Assembly: GCF_945952435.1 (NCBI RefSeq)
Contig: NZ_CAMFHZ010000006.1
Location: 83,183 to 147,182 of the forward strand
Source: an uncultured Microbacterium sp.
GTDB lineage: Bacteria > Actinomycetota > Actinomycetes > Actinomycetales > Microbacteriaceae
Length of the DNA: 64,000 nucleotides
Direction of reading: 5' to 3'
The position numbers and the translations under genes were made by a program. Below, one piece after another: positions 18,455-27,510 of the stretch (the first letter of the stretch is position 1; each line of letters begins with the position of its first letter). A model generated the notes under the pieces. That model made no database searches, had not been told where the DNA came from, and was given only the letters and a program-made list of their open reading frames with translations.

Positions 18455-19984
18455 TCAGTAGCCGGCGAAGGCGTCCGTCCGGACGCTGCGGGCACCGCGC
18501 AACGCCGGTGCGATCTCGGCGATGAGGCGCGGAGGACCGGAGACGTAGGCGTGCCGGCGCGCGAGATCCGGCACCAGGTTCCGCAGCAGCGCGGCGTCGA
18601 GGCGGCCGCCGCCGGCCCATTCTGCGCGATCGGGAAGGATCTCGGGGCGCTCGGGCGTCACGACCAGCACGCGCGAGGCCGACGCGGCGAGCTCGGGCAG
18701 ATACGCAGCCTCGTCCGCCGAGGAGGCGACGAGCACCACCACGGCGTCGCCGCGGTCCCCGGCCGCGAGCTGTGCCACGAGCGGCGTCACGCCGATCCCG
18801 GCCCCGACGAGGAGAACCGGCTCGTGACGTCGTCGTGGCAGCACGAAGTCGCCCCACACGCCCGTGGCGGTGAGCACGTCGTCGCGCTGTGCGGCGCCGA
18901 GCGCCCGCTTGTACGACGAGGAGCGCTCGGCCTGCCGATAGGCGATGCGCACGATCGGCAGCTCGGCCGGCGTGGACACGATGCTGAACTCCCGCCGCGT
19001 CCCCCGGGCGTCAGGGCGCCGGTGCGGCACCTGCAGCTCGAGGTACTGGCCGGCGACCGCACGGAACGGACGCCGTGCCCGGAACGTCAACTCCTGCACG
19101 GTCGGCGTGACCGCCCGGCTCCCCTGCAGCACCAGCCGGATGCCGGATCGCGCGACGAGCACGGCCGCGACGAGGTTGCCGACGAGGAGCGCGCGCTCCT
19201 GACCGAGTGTGATCGGACCGAGCGGGATCGGCCACCCCACGAGAGCGCCGACGATCACCGCCACGAGGAGCTGCTGCCACCTCCGCGCGGGCAGGGTGAG
19301 CGGCTCGGAGAGCATGAACGCGCCGAGGAAGAGCAGCGGGGACTGCACCAGGAGCAGGCTCAGCGTCCCGAGCGGATCCACGGGAAGGCCTGCGGCCGCC
19401 GACTGCAGCGCGAGCCGGGTCGTGCCGACGGCGAGGGCCACGACGGCGAACACGAGCGCGACCAGGATCCGCTCCGTCCGCCAGAGCACGAGCAGGCCCA
19501 GGATCAGCACGGGCAGGGCGAGGGCGGGAGTGCCGACCCACCAGGCCGAGAAGCCCAGACCGGTGAGCGTCAGCACGGTCGCCCCGACGGCGGCAGGGTT
19601 CAGCAGATGCCGCCCCCGCCAGACGAGCACGTACTTGGACAGGGCGGCGGCCACGCCCGCGAGCGCGATCCCGCCGATCTGGTCCGGATTGGCGCCCGGC
19701 TGCACGACGAACAGCAGGATGAACGCCGTGATGAACGAGGACTCCGCGCGGCGCGGAACCCGCAGCAGGGTCTGCGCCACCGCGTCGGTCGCGGAGGTCG
19801 CGAGCACGAGCAGGGCGAGGGTGGCGAGAAGGTCGAACGGCGTCGGCGAGATCGCCCCGACGGCGGAGAGCACCACCGCGATCACCGTGAGGAGCATCAA
19901 CGCGAAGAGCGTCAGGCGGTACATCGAGAGGCGGCCGAGCAGGCCGAGCACCCGCTCGCGGGCGCCGATCAGCGATGCGATCAT
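18455..19984 (-). CDS. Fusion protein: RnfD/NqrB-like polytopic membrane domain plus ferredoxin-NADP reductase-type FAD/NAD(P)-binding domain
   Basis: Lies in ORF 18455..20251(-). Start MIASLIG (ATG 19984), in ATGA overlap with the apbE stop. Membrane part contains RHLLNPAA (NqrB/RnfD-like). C-terminal part has REFSIVS (RxYS-type FAD site) and GAGIGVTP (NAD(P) site). Confidence 0.75.
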   Translation of the reverse strand: MIASLIGARERVLGLLGRLSMYRLTLFALMLLTVIAVVLSAVGAISPTPFDLLATLALLVLATSATDAVAQTLLRVPRRAESSFITAFILLFVVQPGANPDQIGGIALAGVAAALSKYVLVWRGRHLLNPAAVGATVLTLTGLGFSAWWVGTPALALPVLILGLLVLWRTERILVALVFAVVALAVGTTRLALQSAAAGLPVDPLGTLSLLLVQSPLLFLGAFMLSEPLTLPARRWQQLLVAVIVGALVGWPIPLGPITLGQERALLVGNLVAAVLVARSGIRLVLQGSRAVTPTVQELTFRARRPFRAVAGQYLELQVPHRRPDARGTRREFSIVSTPAELPIVRIAYRQAERSSSYKRALGAAQRDDVLTATGVWGDFVLPRRRHEPVLLVGAGIGVTPLVAQLAAGDRGDAVVVLVASSADEAAYLPELAASASRVLVVTPERPEILPDRAEWAGGGRLDAALLRNLVPDLARRHAYVSGPPRLIAEIAPALRGARSVRTDAFAGY

Positions 19985-20853
19985 GCGAAGACCTCCACCC
20001 GGCCCCCGGCCGACCCTTCGACCACGCCGTCCGTGGTCATCCGCACCCATTCCACACCGTGCCGGCCCGCGAACGCCTCCCCGCCGTCGAAGAAGAGCGC
20101 CGTGGCGGCCGCGTCGGCGAGCATCGCGACGGACGCGATCGCCCAGGTCGCCGCGACCGTCCGCACCGGCTCCCCGGTGCGGGCGTCGAGCACGTGATGC
20201 AGCCCGCCGTGGATCCCCGGCCAGGAACGACGGTTCACCGCGGATGCGCACAGGGCCTCGTCGGCGATCGTCGCAATGCCGATCGCCCGGGTGGGATCGA
20301 ACGGATGCTCGAGCCCGACCCGCAGGGGGCGCCCCGTCGTGCGCAGGTCGCCGCCCGCGTCCACGGTCCGCACGGCGTGGCCGAAGTCACCGAGCACGTC
20401 GTGCACGATGTCCACGAGACGCCCCTTGCCGACCGCGCCGACGTCGATCGTCGACGGCGTGCGCAGACGGAGCGCGCCGTCCGTCCAGGTCAGCGACGCC
20501 TCCCAGGCTTCCGGCGCGGGGAGCGCGCCCCGATCGCGCAACGAGTACGCGGCGTCGTACCCGCGCGCCGCGAGACTGTCCCCCACGAGCGGCTGCACCG
20601 CGCCGCCCGTCGCCGCGGAGAGCTCCTGGTACGCGTCGAACATCGCCCGGCCGTCCGCCGGCAGCGGGACCTCCTGGGGCTGCTGCGCGAGCGCGCGGAC
20701 GAGCGAGTCCGCACGGAAGCGCGACCAGGTGCGATCGAAGTCGTCGATGACGGCGAGGATCGCGTCGCGCTCACCGGATGCCGGCGCGCGCGCCTCCGCT
20801 CCGACGCCGACCTCCCAGACGGTGCCGATGGCCTCGAACCGCCAGGCGTCCAC
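19981..20853 (-). CDS. apbE: FAD:protein FMN transferase (ApbE family)
   Basis: 290 aa, GTG start abutting the upstream stop. ApbE-like blocks (DSLVRALAQ ... IDVGAVGKGRLVD ... VDAGGDL ... ASAVNRRSW ... HHVLDARTGEP). Confidence 0.85.
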   Translation of the reverse strand: MDAWRFEAIGTVWEVGVGAEARAPASGERDAILAVIDDFDRTWSRFRADSLVRALAQQPQEVPLPADGRAMFDAYQELSAATGGAVQPLVGDSLAARGYDAAYSLRDRGALPAPEAWEASLTWTDGALRLRTPSTIDVGAVGKGRLVDIVHDVLGDFGHAVRTVDAGGDLRTTGRPLRVGLEHPFDPTRAIGIATIADEALCASAVNRRSWPGIHGGLHHVLDARTGEPVRTVAATWAIASVAMLADAAATALFFDGGEAFAGRHGVEWVRMTTDGVVEGSAGGRVEVFA

Positions 20854-21340
20854 TCAGCCCTTGGCCTCGGAGCGGATCGTGTCGAGCGCCTGGTTGAACC
20901 CCTTGCCCGTCAGCGACGACCCTGCGACCTTGTCGACGCTCAGACCGTCGAGCTTCTTGCCGACCACGACGGCGGAGATCCCGTCGATGAACTGGCCCTG
21001 GTAGTTCCTGGTCTCCGGCGCCTGCGGATCGCCCGTCACCGTCACGGCGGTGACCGTGTCGTCGGCGACCGTGAGGGAGACCGAGATCTTCTCGACCGTC
21101 TCGGGGGTCTGGTACGAGCCGTCGGCCGCGTACGTCCCGTCCTTGTACTCGGTCGTGGACGTGGCCGCGGAGGTGGAGGAGACGGACGGAGTGCTCGTCG
21201 CCGACGTCTGCGGGGTGCTCGACGCCGAGGAGGCGGGGGTCTCCGCGGAGGACACCTCGGCGGCGCACCCGGACAGCAGCAGCGCACCGGCGATGCCGAC
21301 GAAGGCGGATCCTTGACGGACGGCGGGTGAGATGTTCATG
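20854..21340 (-). CDS. FMN-binding domain lipoprotein (extracytoplasmic, predicted flavinylation substrate)
   Basis: C-terminal part of ORF 20854..22164(-), from MNISPAV (ATG 21340). Lipobox LLSGC, S/T-rich linker, FMN_bind-like domain with VDKVAGSSLTGKGF (Dxx[S/T]GA[S/T]-type motif). Confidence 0.75.
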
Positions 21341-21395
21341 GGCACAGCCTGAGCAATGCAGCTGTGTATCGGCTTTGAGGCGTCGTTGTGCGACG

Positions 21396-22433
21396 TCAAG
21401 CCGCGCCGTCGAACATGCTCGTGACCGAGCCGTCCTCGAACACCTGGCGGATCGCCGTGGCGAGCAGCGGCGCGATCGGGAGGATGCGCAGACCCGGGAA
21501 TCGGCGCGATGCGGACAACGGGATGGTGTCGGTCACGACCACCTCGTCGATCGCGGGATCCTGCAGACGCTCGCTCGCCGGATCCGAGAAGATCGCATGC
21601 GTCGCCGCGACGATGACCTTGCGTGCCCCGTTCGCCTTGAGCGCCTGCGCCGCCTTGACGATCGTGCCGCCCGTGTCGATCATGTCGTCCACGAGGAGGC
21701 AGGTGCGCCCCTCCACCGTGCCGACGATCTCGTGCACGGACACCTGGTTGGCGACCTTGGGGTCGCGGCGCTTGTGGATGATCGCGAGCGGCGCGTCCAG
21801 GCTGTCGGACCAGGTGTCGGCGACCCGCACACGGCCCATGTCGGGCGAGACGATGGTCAAGGTCTCCCGATCCTCCGCCGTGAGGGTCTCCTCGAAGTGC
21901 TTGAGCAGCACGGGCTTGGCGAAGAGGTGGTCGACCGGGCCGTCGAAGAAGCCCTGGATCTGCGCCGCGTGCAGGTCGACGCTCATGACCCGGTCGGCGC
22001 CGGCGACCTTGAGCATGTCGGCGACGAGGCGGGCCGAGATCGGCTCGCGCCCCCGGCCCTTCTTGTCCTGGCGGGCGTAGGGATAGTAGGGGGCGACGAC
22101 GGTGATGCGCTTGGCAGAGGCGCGCTTGGCGGCGTCCAGCATGATGAGCGTCTCCATGAGCCACTCGTTGATCGGATTCCCGAAGGACTGCACGATGAAC
22201 AGATCGCAGCCGCGAATCGACACCTCGAAGCGTGCGTAGATCTCGCCGGATGCGAACGTGCGGTGCTCCACGGGGGCGATCTCGGTGCCCAGCGCTGCGG
22301 CGACGGCGGCCGTCAGGTCGGGGTGCGAGCGGCCACCGGCGACGACGAGCCGCTTCTTGGTCTTCGCGACCAGACCGGGCGCGATGTCGTTGTCGCGATC
22401 CAGCTCGACCGTCGTGTTCTTCTTGCGCCCCAT
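21396..22433 (-). CDS. prs: Ribose-phosphate pyrophosphokinase
   Basis: 345 aa. YYPYARQDKK, VSPDMG and LLVDDMIDTGGTIVKAAQALK are canonical PRPP synthetase motifs. Confidence 0.95.
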   Translation of the reverse strand: MGRKKNTTVELDRDNDIAPGLVAKTKKRLVVAGGRSHPDLTAAVAAALGTEIAPVEHRTFASGEIYARFEVSIRGCDLFIVQSFGNPINEWLMETLIMLDAAKRASAKRITVVAPYYPYARQDKKGRGREPISARLVADMLKVAGADRVMSVDLHAAQIQGFFDGPVDHLFAKPVLLKHFEETLTAEDRETLTIVSPDMGRVRVADTWSDSLDAPLAIIHKRRDPKVANQVSVHEIVGTVEGRTCLLVDDMIDTGGTIVKAAQALKANGARKVIVAATHAIFSDPASERLQDPAIDEVVVTDTIPLSASRRFPGLRILPIAPLLATAIRQVFEDGSVTSMFDGAA

Positions 22434-22443
22434 CGGACCCGCC

Positions 22444-23874
22444 TTATTCCGCCGAATCGGCCCGCGACGCGGCCTCAGCCGCCGCGGTGCCTGCTCTGTT
22501 CTTCTCGACCCACCCCTCGATGTTGCGCTGAGGGGCGACGCTCATGGCGAGAGCACCGGCCGGGACGTCCTTGCGGACGACGGCTCCTGCACCGGTCTTC
22601 GCACCGTCTCCCAGCCTAACGGGCGCGACCAGCACCGTGTGCGACCCGGTGTGCACCTCGTCGCCGATCTCCGTGCGGTGCTTGTTCACGTCGTCGTAGT
22701 TCGCCGTGATCGTGGAGGCTCCCAGGTTGACGCCGCGCCCGACCGTCGCATCGCCCACGTAAGAGAGGTGTGGCACCTTGCTGCCGTCCCCGATCTGCGC
22801 GTTCTTCGTCTCGACGTAGGCGCCGATCTTGCCGTCCGCGCCCAGGGTCGTGCCCGCGCGCAGGTAGGAGAACGGTCCCACCGTCGCCCGCGGCCCGATC
22901 ACGGCGAGCGTCGCCTCGGAACGGCGCACCTCGGCGTCCTCGCCCACCTCCGTGCTCACGAGAGTGGTGTCCGGCCCGACGGTCGCGCCCGTCGCGATCG
23001 ACGTGGCGCGGTGCAGATACGTGTTCGGCAGGATCGTGACGTCGGGGGCGAGCGTCACGTCGTCGTCGATCCACGTCGTCGCCGGATCCTGGATCGTCAC
23101 GCCCTCGCGCTGCCAGCGGCGCAGGATCCGCTCGTTCATGATCCGCCCGACCTCGGCCAGCTGCACGCGGTCGTTCACGCCGTACGTCACGGCGACGTCG
23201 GCGACGACCGAGGCGGCCACGCGCGCACCGTCGCGGCGGAGCAGACCAGGGACGTCCGTGAGGTACATCTCGCCCTGCGCGTTTTCGCTGCCGACCTCGG
23301 GGAGGTAGCGGCGCAACGTCTCCACGCGGAACACGTACATGCCCGCGTTGATCTCGTGGATCGCTGCTTCCTCCGGTGTCGCGTCCTTCTGCTCGACGAT
23401 GCGGTCGACGTCGCCGTCCGCGTCCCGCACGATGCGCCCGTACCCGGTCGGATCCGCCACGACGGCGGTCATCAGGGTCGCCGGGACGTCGGCGGCGCGA
23501 TGCTCCGCGACGAACGCGCCGAGCGTGTCGGCATCCGCGAGGGGGCAGTCACCGGAAAGCACGAGCACGTCCCCGGCGAAGTCCGCGGGCAGGGCGTCGA
23601 CGGCGAGCTGCACGGCCCGGCCCGTGCCGGGGATCTCGTCCTGATCGACGAAGAGCACGCCGGGGTGGTCCTCGGCGAGCGCCGCGACGATCCGGTCGCG
23701 CTCGTGCCGCACGACGACCTCGATGTACTCGGCGTGCAGGTGACCGGCCGTGGCGAGGACGTGACCCACGAGCGGACGTCCCGCGATCGGATGCAGCACC
23801 TTCGGAAGGCGCGACTTCATGCGCGTGCCCTGACCGGCCGCGAGCACGATGATGGCGAGCGTGTTCTGCGTCAT
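22444..23874 (-). CDS. glmU: Bifunctional UDP-N-acetylglucosamine pyrophosphorylase / glucosamine-1-phosphate N-acetyltransferase
   Basis: Lies in ORF 22444..23907(-). Start MTQNTLAIIVLAAGQGTRMKS (ATG 23874). C-terminal left-handed beta-helix hexapeptide repeats. Confidence 0.95.
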   Translation of the reverse strand: MTQNTLAIIVLAAGQGTRMKSRLPKVLHPIAGRPLVGHVLATAGHLHAEYIEVVVRHERDRIVAALAEDHPGVLFVDQDEIPGTGRAVQLAVDALPADFAGDVLVLSGDCPLADADTLGAFVAEHRAADVPATLMTAVVADPTGYGRIVRDADGDVDRIVEQKDATPEEAAIHEINAGMYVFRVETLRRYLPEVGSENAQGEMYLTDVPGLLRRDGARVAASVVADVAVTYGVNDRVQLAEVGRIMNERILRRWQREGVTIQDPATTWIDDDVTLAPDVTILPNTYLHRATSIATGATVGPDTTLVSTEVGEDAEVRRSEATLAVIGPRATVGPFSYLRAGTTLGADGKIGAYVETKNAQIGDGSKVPHLSYVGDATVGRGVNLGASTITANYDDVNKHRTEIGDEVHTGSHTVLVAPVRLGDGAKTGAGAVVRKDVPAGALAMSVAPQRNIEGWVEKNRAGTAAAEAASRADSAE

Positions 23875-23875
23875 G

Positions 23876-23947
23876 CTCCGCCGCCAGGATTCGAACCTGA
23901 ACCTCACAGCTCCAAAGGCTGTCGTGCTGCCGTTACACTACGGCGGA
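23876..23947 (-). tRNA. tRNA-Gln (anticodon UUG), no encoded CCA
   Basis: Minus-strand sequence tccgccgtagtgtaacggcagcacgacagcctttggagctgtgaggttcaggttcgaatcctggcggcggag. It folds as a cloverleaf: acceptor tccgccg/cggcgga, anticodon stem acagc/gctgt with loop cTTTGGa, and T loop ttcgaat. Confidence 0.9.
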
Positions 23948-24061
23948 CCGCGGCCGTCGCCCTGCGACGCCCGCGTCTCAAGTCTGCCATGCGGGCGCGG
24001 TGTGATCCGGACGGAACGAGACGGACATCGCTCCGCAACACATCCCGGCGATGCTGGAGGC

Positions 24062-24562
24062 ATGACCCTCACGATCGCCCGCGTCCGGACCGGCACTCCC
24101 GAGCTGTCCGGTTTCCTCGCCGATCACCTTCGCGACCTGGAGCCGACGGCACCTCCCGAGAGCCGCCATGCCCGCCCGCTCGCGGCGTTGCTGTGCCCGG
24201 ACGTACGGCTGTTCGCGGTGACGCTCGACGGCGTCCTGGCCGGCACGGGTGCCCTCGCGGCGCTCGAACCGGACCACGAGGAGCTGAAGTCGATGCGCAC
24301 CGCACCGTCGTTCCGAGGCAGGGGCGTCGCGGTCGCCCTCCTCCGAGCACTCCTGGCCGACGCCCGCGCACGCGGCATCCAGCGCGTCTCGCTCGAGACG
24401 GGGAGCTCCGACTTCTTCCGGCCCGCACGCCGTCTGTACGAGCGAGCAGGGTTCCGCCCCTCCGGCCCTTTCGGCGGCTATGCGCCGGATCCGCACAGTG
24501 TGTTCCTGACCCTCGCGCTCGCCCCGGCCCCCGATCGCGCTTCTGTCATGATGGCCGGATGA
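24062..24562 (+). CDS. GNAT family N-acetyltransferase
   Basis: Lies in ORF 23849..24562(+), from MTLTIARV. Acetyl-CoA motif RGRGVAVALLRALLADAR. ATGA overlap with the downstream marR. Confidence 0.8.
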   Translation: MTLTIARVRTGTPELSGFLADHLRDLEPTAPPESRHARPLAALLCPDVRLFAVTLDGVLAGTGALAALEPDHEELKSMRTAPSFRGRGVAVALLRALLADARARGIQRVSLETGSSDFFRPARRLYERAGFRPSGPFGGYAPDPHSVFLTLALAPAPDRASVMMAG

Positions 24563-25068
24563 GCATCGCCGACGAGCGCACCGGAGACGAGGTCGACCGC
24601 ATCGTCGCGGCATGGAACACGCAGCGCCCTGATCTGGACTTCTCGCCGCTCGAGGTGCTCTCCCGCGTCGACCGGCTCTCCCGGCTGCTCGACCGCGCGC
24701 GCCGCGACGTGTTCCGCCGCAGCGACCTGGAGCCCTGGGAGTGGGATGTGCTCTCGGCGCTGCGACGCGCCGGCTCCCCCTTCCAGTTGAGTCCCAAGCA
24801 GCTCCTGCAGCAGACGCTCGTGTCGAGCGGCACCATGACGAACCGGATCGACCGCCTCGTCGGACGCCGCCTCGTGCGCCGCGAGGCGGATCCCGACGAC
24901 GGACGCAGCGTGCACGTCACGCTCACCGACGACGGCCGGGTGCGCGTCGACGCGGCGATCACGCGGCTCGTCGACGCCGAGGCGACCCTGCTCTCCGCAC
25001 TTCCCCGCGGCGACCGCGAGCGACTCGCCACTCTGCTGCGAAAGCTCAGCCTCAGCTTCGACGCCTGA
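24559..25068 (+). CDS. MarR family transcriptional regulator
   Basis: C-terminal part of ORF 22258..25068(+), from MSIADERTG. wHTH LSPKQLLQQTLVSSGTMTNRIDRLVGRRLVRREADPDDGRSVHVTLTDDG. Confidence 0.85.
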   Translation: MSIADERTGDEVDRIVAAWNTQRPDLDFSPLEVLSRVDRLSRLLDRARRDVFRRSDLEPWEWDVLSALRRAGSPFQLSPKQLLQQTLVSSGTMTNRIDRLVGRRLVRREADPDDGRSVHVTLTDDGRVRVDAAITRLVDAEATLLSALPRGDRERLATLLRKLSLSFDA

Positions 25069-25074
25069 ACCGGG

Positions 25075-26028
25075 TCAGGCGTCGGCGTCCGCATCGACCA
25101 GGACGACGACCTTGCCGGTCACCCGGCCGGTCTCGACGCGCTCCTGCGCTGCGGCAAGCTCGTCGAGCGGATACGTCGCGTCGAGGTGCACCGTCAGCGC
25201 TCCGGCGTCTGCGAGCGCGGCGATGCGCGCGAGCTGAGCGCCGTCGGCGGAGACGAGGATCCGCGTGACCGGATCCGCTCCTGCCTCGCGCAGCCGCTCC
25301 TCCTGCTCCTTCGAGAGACCGGTGATCGTGACGACGGCTGTGCCCTGCCCGATCGCCCCGTGCGGGGGTGCACCGTCCACCGTGACGATGACGGCATCGA
25401 CGGGCCCGATCGCGGACAGCGCCGCCTTGTCCCGGTAGTCCACGACCTCGGCGGCGCCCCAGCCGGCGACGAGCGCGCTCTTGGCAGGGCTCGCCGTGGC
25501 GATCACGTGCGCTCCCCGCGACGCGGCCAGCTGCACGGCGAGGTGCCCCACTCCCCCGGCGCCCCCGAGCACGAGCACGCGGCGCCCCTCGGCACGGTCT
25601 CCGATCCCTGCGGCGTCGAGCGCCTGCCATGCGGTCAGCGCGGCGAGGGGCGCCGCCCCGGCCTGCGCCGCGGTCCAGCGGCGAGGAGGCGCGGCCAGAT
25701 CCGTCGCCGGTACGACCGCGTACTCGGCGAGCGTGTGCGCGGCCTCGGGGAACGCGGCGAGCGCGAACACCCTGTCGCCGGCACTCCACTCCTGCACGCC
25801 CTCTCCGGCGGCGACGACCGTCCCTGCGACGTCCCATCCGGGATGCGCAGAGTAGCGGATCGCGCCGAAGTCGTGGCCGGCGGCGCGGATCTTGACGTCG
25901 ACCGGGTTGAGCCCCGCCGCCGCCACCTTCACGAGCACCTCGCCCGGCCCGGGCTCCGGCGTCGCGATCTCCTGGATCGAGACGACCTCCGCCGCGGATC
26001 CTGCTCCGGTGTATGCCGCTGCACGCAT
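25075..26028 (-). CDS. NADPH:quinone oxidoreductase-like MDR family oxidoreductase
   Basis: 317 aa. EVLVKVAAAGLNPVD. Nucleotide motif VLVLGGAGGVGHLAVQLA. C-terminal GRVTGKVVV. Confidence 0.8.
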   Translation of the reverse strand: MRAAAYTGAGSAAEVVSIQEIATPEPGPGEVLVKVAAAGLNPVDVKIRAAGHDFGAIRYSAHPGWDVAGTVVAAGEGVQEWSAGDRVFALAAFPEAAHTLAEYAVVPATDLAAPPRRWTAAQAGAAPLAALTAWQALDAAGIGDRAEGRRVLVLGGAGGVGHLAVQLAASRGAHVIATASPAKSALVAGWGAAEVVDYRDKAALSAIGPVDAVIVTVDGAPPHGAIGQGTAVVTITGLSKEQEERLREAGADPVTRILVSADGAQLARIAALADAGALTVHLDATYPLDELAAAQERVETGRVTGKVVVLVDADADA

Positions 26029-26046
26029 GTCTCTTCCCCTTCGCCG

Positions 26047-27000
26047 TCAGGCCTGCGCCGGGGACCACTCGGAGACGCGACGCAGATGGTCGATCTCGTC
26101 CGGAGCGAGCTCCAGACGTCCTCCGACGAGCAGATCCGGCACCTGGTCCACCGTGCGAGCGCTGGCGATCGGCGCGACGACCGCCGGCTGCGCACGCAGC
26201 CAGGCGAGCGCCGTCGACGCGATCGAGGCTCCGTGCGCGTCGCCGATCTCCTCTAGGGCATCGATGATGCGCAGTCCGTGCGCCGTGGCGTACTTCGCCG
26301 CGCCTCCGGCACGCGGTGAGGTCTGGCCCGCGGTGTCCGTAGAGCGGTACTTGCCGGTCAGGAAGCCGCTCGCGAGCGACGAGTACGGGACGAGCCCGAG
26401 GCCCAGCTCGGTCGCGAGCGGGGCGATGCTCTCCTCGACGTCGTTGCGGTGCACGAGGTTGTAGTGCGGCTGCACGGCGACCGGGCGTGCGACACCGGTC
26501 TCGCGAGCGATCCGATCCCACTCGCGGATCCGGTCCGCCGAGTAGTTCGAGACGCCGACGTACCGCACCAGTCCGTCCGAGACGAGCCTGCCGAAGGCCG
26601 CGACGGTCTCCTCGAGCGGCACGGACGGGTCGTCGAAGTGGGCGTAGTACAGATCGATCGCGTCCACGCCGAGCCGCCCCAGCGACGCCTCCGCGGCGCG
26701 GCGCACGTTCGCCGCGGACAGCCCGGGGAACTGCGGATGCTGGCTCACCTTCGTCGCGACGACGGTCCCTGCGGGGCGGCGCGAGGCGAGCCATTCACCG
26801 AGGATCGTCTCGCTCTCCCCGCCGCTGTTCCCCGGCGCCCAGGCGCTGTACGAGTCGGCGGTGTCGACGAAGTCCCCTCCGCCGGCGGTGAAGGCGTCCA
26901 GCACCGCGAAGGACGTGTCCCGGTCGGCGGTCCAGCCGAACACGTTGCCTCCGAGGGAGAGGGGGAAGACGGAGAGGTCACTGGATCCGATGCGCGTCAT
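26047..27000 (-). CDS. Aldo/keto reductase
   Basis: Lies in ORF 26047..27489(-). Start MTRIGSSDLSVFPLSLGGNVFG (ATG 27000). AKR blocks FVDTADSY, LYYAHFDD, VRYVGVSNY. Confidence 0.85.
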   Translation of the reverse strand: MTRIGSSDLSVFPLSLGGNVFGWTADRDTSFAVLDAFTAGGGDFVDTADSYSAWAPGNSGGESETILGEWLASRRPAGTVVATKVSQHPQFPGLSAANVRRAAEASLGRLGVDAIDLYYAHFDDPSVPLEETVAAFGRLVSDGLVRYVGVSNYSADRIREWDRIARETGVARPVAVQPHYNLVHRNDVEESIAPLATELGLGLVPYSSLASGFLTGKYRSTDTAGQTSPRAGGAAKYATAHGLRIIDALEEIGDAHGASIASTALAWLRAQPAVVAPIASARTVDQVPDLLVGGRLELAPDEIDHLRRVSEWSPAQA

Positions 27001-27077
27001 ACTCGGCGCAACCGCCGGACCCCGATGACTATTTCCTGGCACACCGCTCGGGCTCGCCCCTGGCTCTGGCCATCGGC

Positions 27078-27098
27078 GCTGGTCGCTGGTCGCTGGTC
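27078..27098. repeat. Microsatellite (GCTGGTC)x3 at the head of an A-depleted tract (27061-27134)
   Basis: Read directly. Three perfect 7-mers are followed by GCTC-rich sequence. There is one A in about 74 nt. Confidence 0.9.
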
Positions 27099-27134
27099 GC
27101 TCGCTCTTGCCGCTCGCTCTGGGCCTTCTTCGCC

Positions 27135-27368
27135 CGCGATATGTCGGCCCGGTGCAGGAAGGCAGGACTGGTGCGCGGATCCCGGCCGATATACCGAACC
27201 CTGGCCGACATATCGCAGCGTGGTGGCGAGTGACAGGCGAGGCAGTGGCGAGGCGAGGGAGCGACGGAGGCCGGGCCGCGGTCCCAGACGGAGGGGCGGC
27301 GTGATGCACGAATGTAGGACCGCTGCACCGATCAGGACCGACACACCGGACCCTGGCCGACATATCGC
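27135..27368. repeat. Three copies of a 14-15-bp motif GGCCGACATATCGC(G): one inverted, two direct
   Basis: cgcgatatgtcggcc (27135-27149) is the exact reverse complement of ggccgacatatcgcg (27354-27368). A third copy, ggccgacatatcgc, is at 27203-27216. The two direct copies share a 23-nt context, ccg(a/g)accctggccgacatatcgc. Confidence 0.9.
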
Positions 27369-27404
27369 GCAAGTCACGGGGAGCAAGCCGGACCACGGAC
27401 TCGG

Positions 27405-27510
27405 AACAGACCAACAACCCAACAGACCAACAGACCAACAGACCCGACAACCCCACAATCCCACAACCCAACGGACCCAACAACCCCACAGATCCGACAC
27501 CCCGACAGAA
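27405..27510. repeat. A+C-rich, T-depleted tract with CAGACCAA repeats
   Basis: aacagaccaacaacccaacagaccaacagaccaacagaccc... There are only two T in 106 nt. It mirrors the A-depleted left tract. Confidence 0.9.

Noticed and set aside
24062-25068. The GNAT-MarR pair with ATGA overlap, considered as a possible GNAT-type toxin-antitoxin module.
   Set aside because: GNAT toxins pair with small RHH or Xre antitoxins encoded upstream. Here the partner is a full-length MarR downstream, a common housekeeping arrangement. Nothing else supports a TA function.
26047-27489. The N-terminal extension of the AKR ORF through the repeat region (MGLLGPLGCGIVGLSGLLVCWSVGLLVC...), considered as a possible membrane anchor or separate small protein.
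   Set aside because: The hydrophobic string is simply the translation of the A/C-rich microsatellite on the opposite strand. The AKR family N-terminus (MTRIGSSDLSVFPLSLGG) begins at 27000.
27078-27510. Whether the short repeats in the 27.0-27.5 kb spacer are a CRISPR array, or a MITE or IS remnant.
   Set aside because: The repeat units are 7-8 nt microsatellites and a 15-bp motif, with no regular repeat-spacer periodicity. No cas or transposase genes or target-site duplications are recognisable. I report it as an unexplained structured intergenic region instead.
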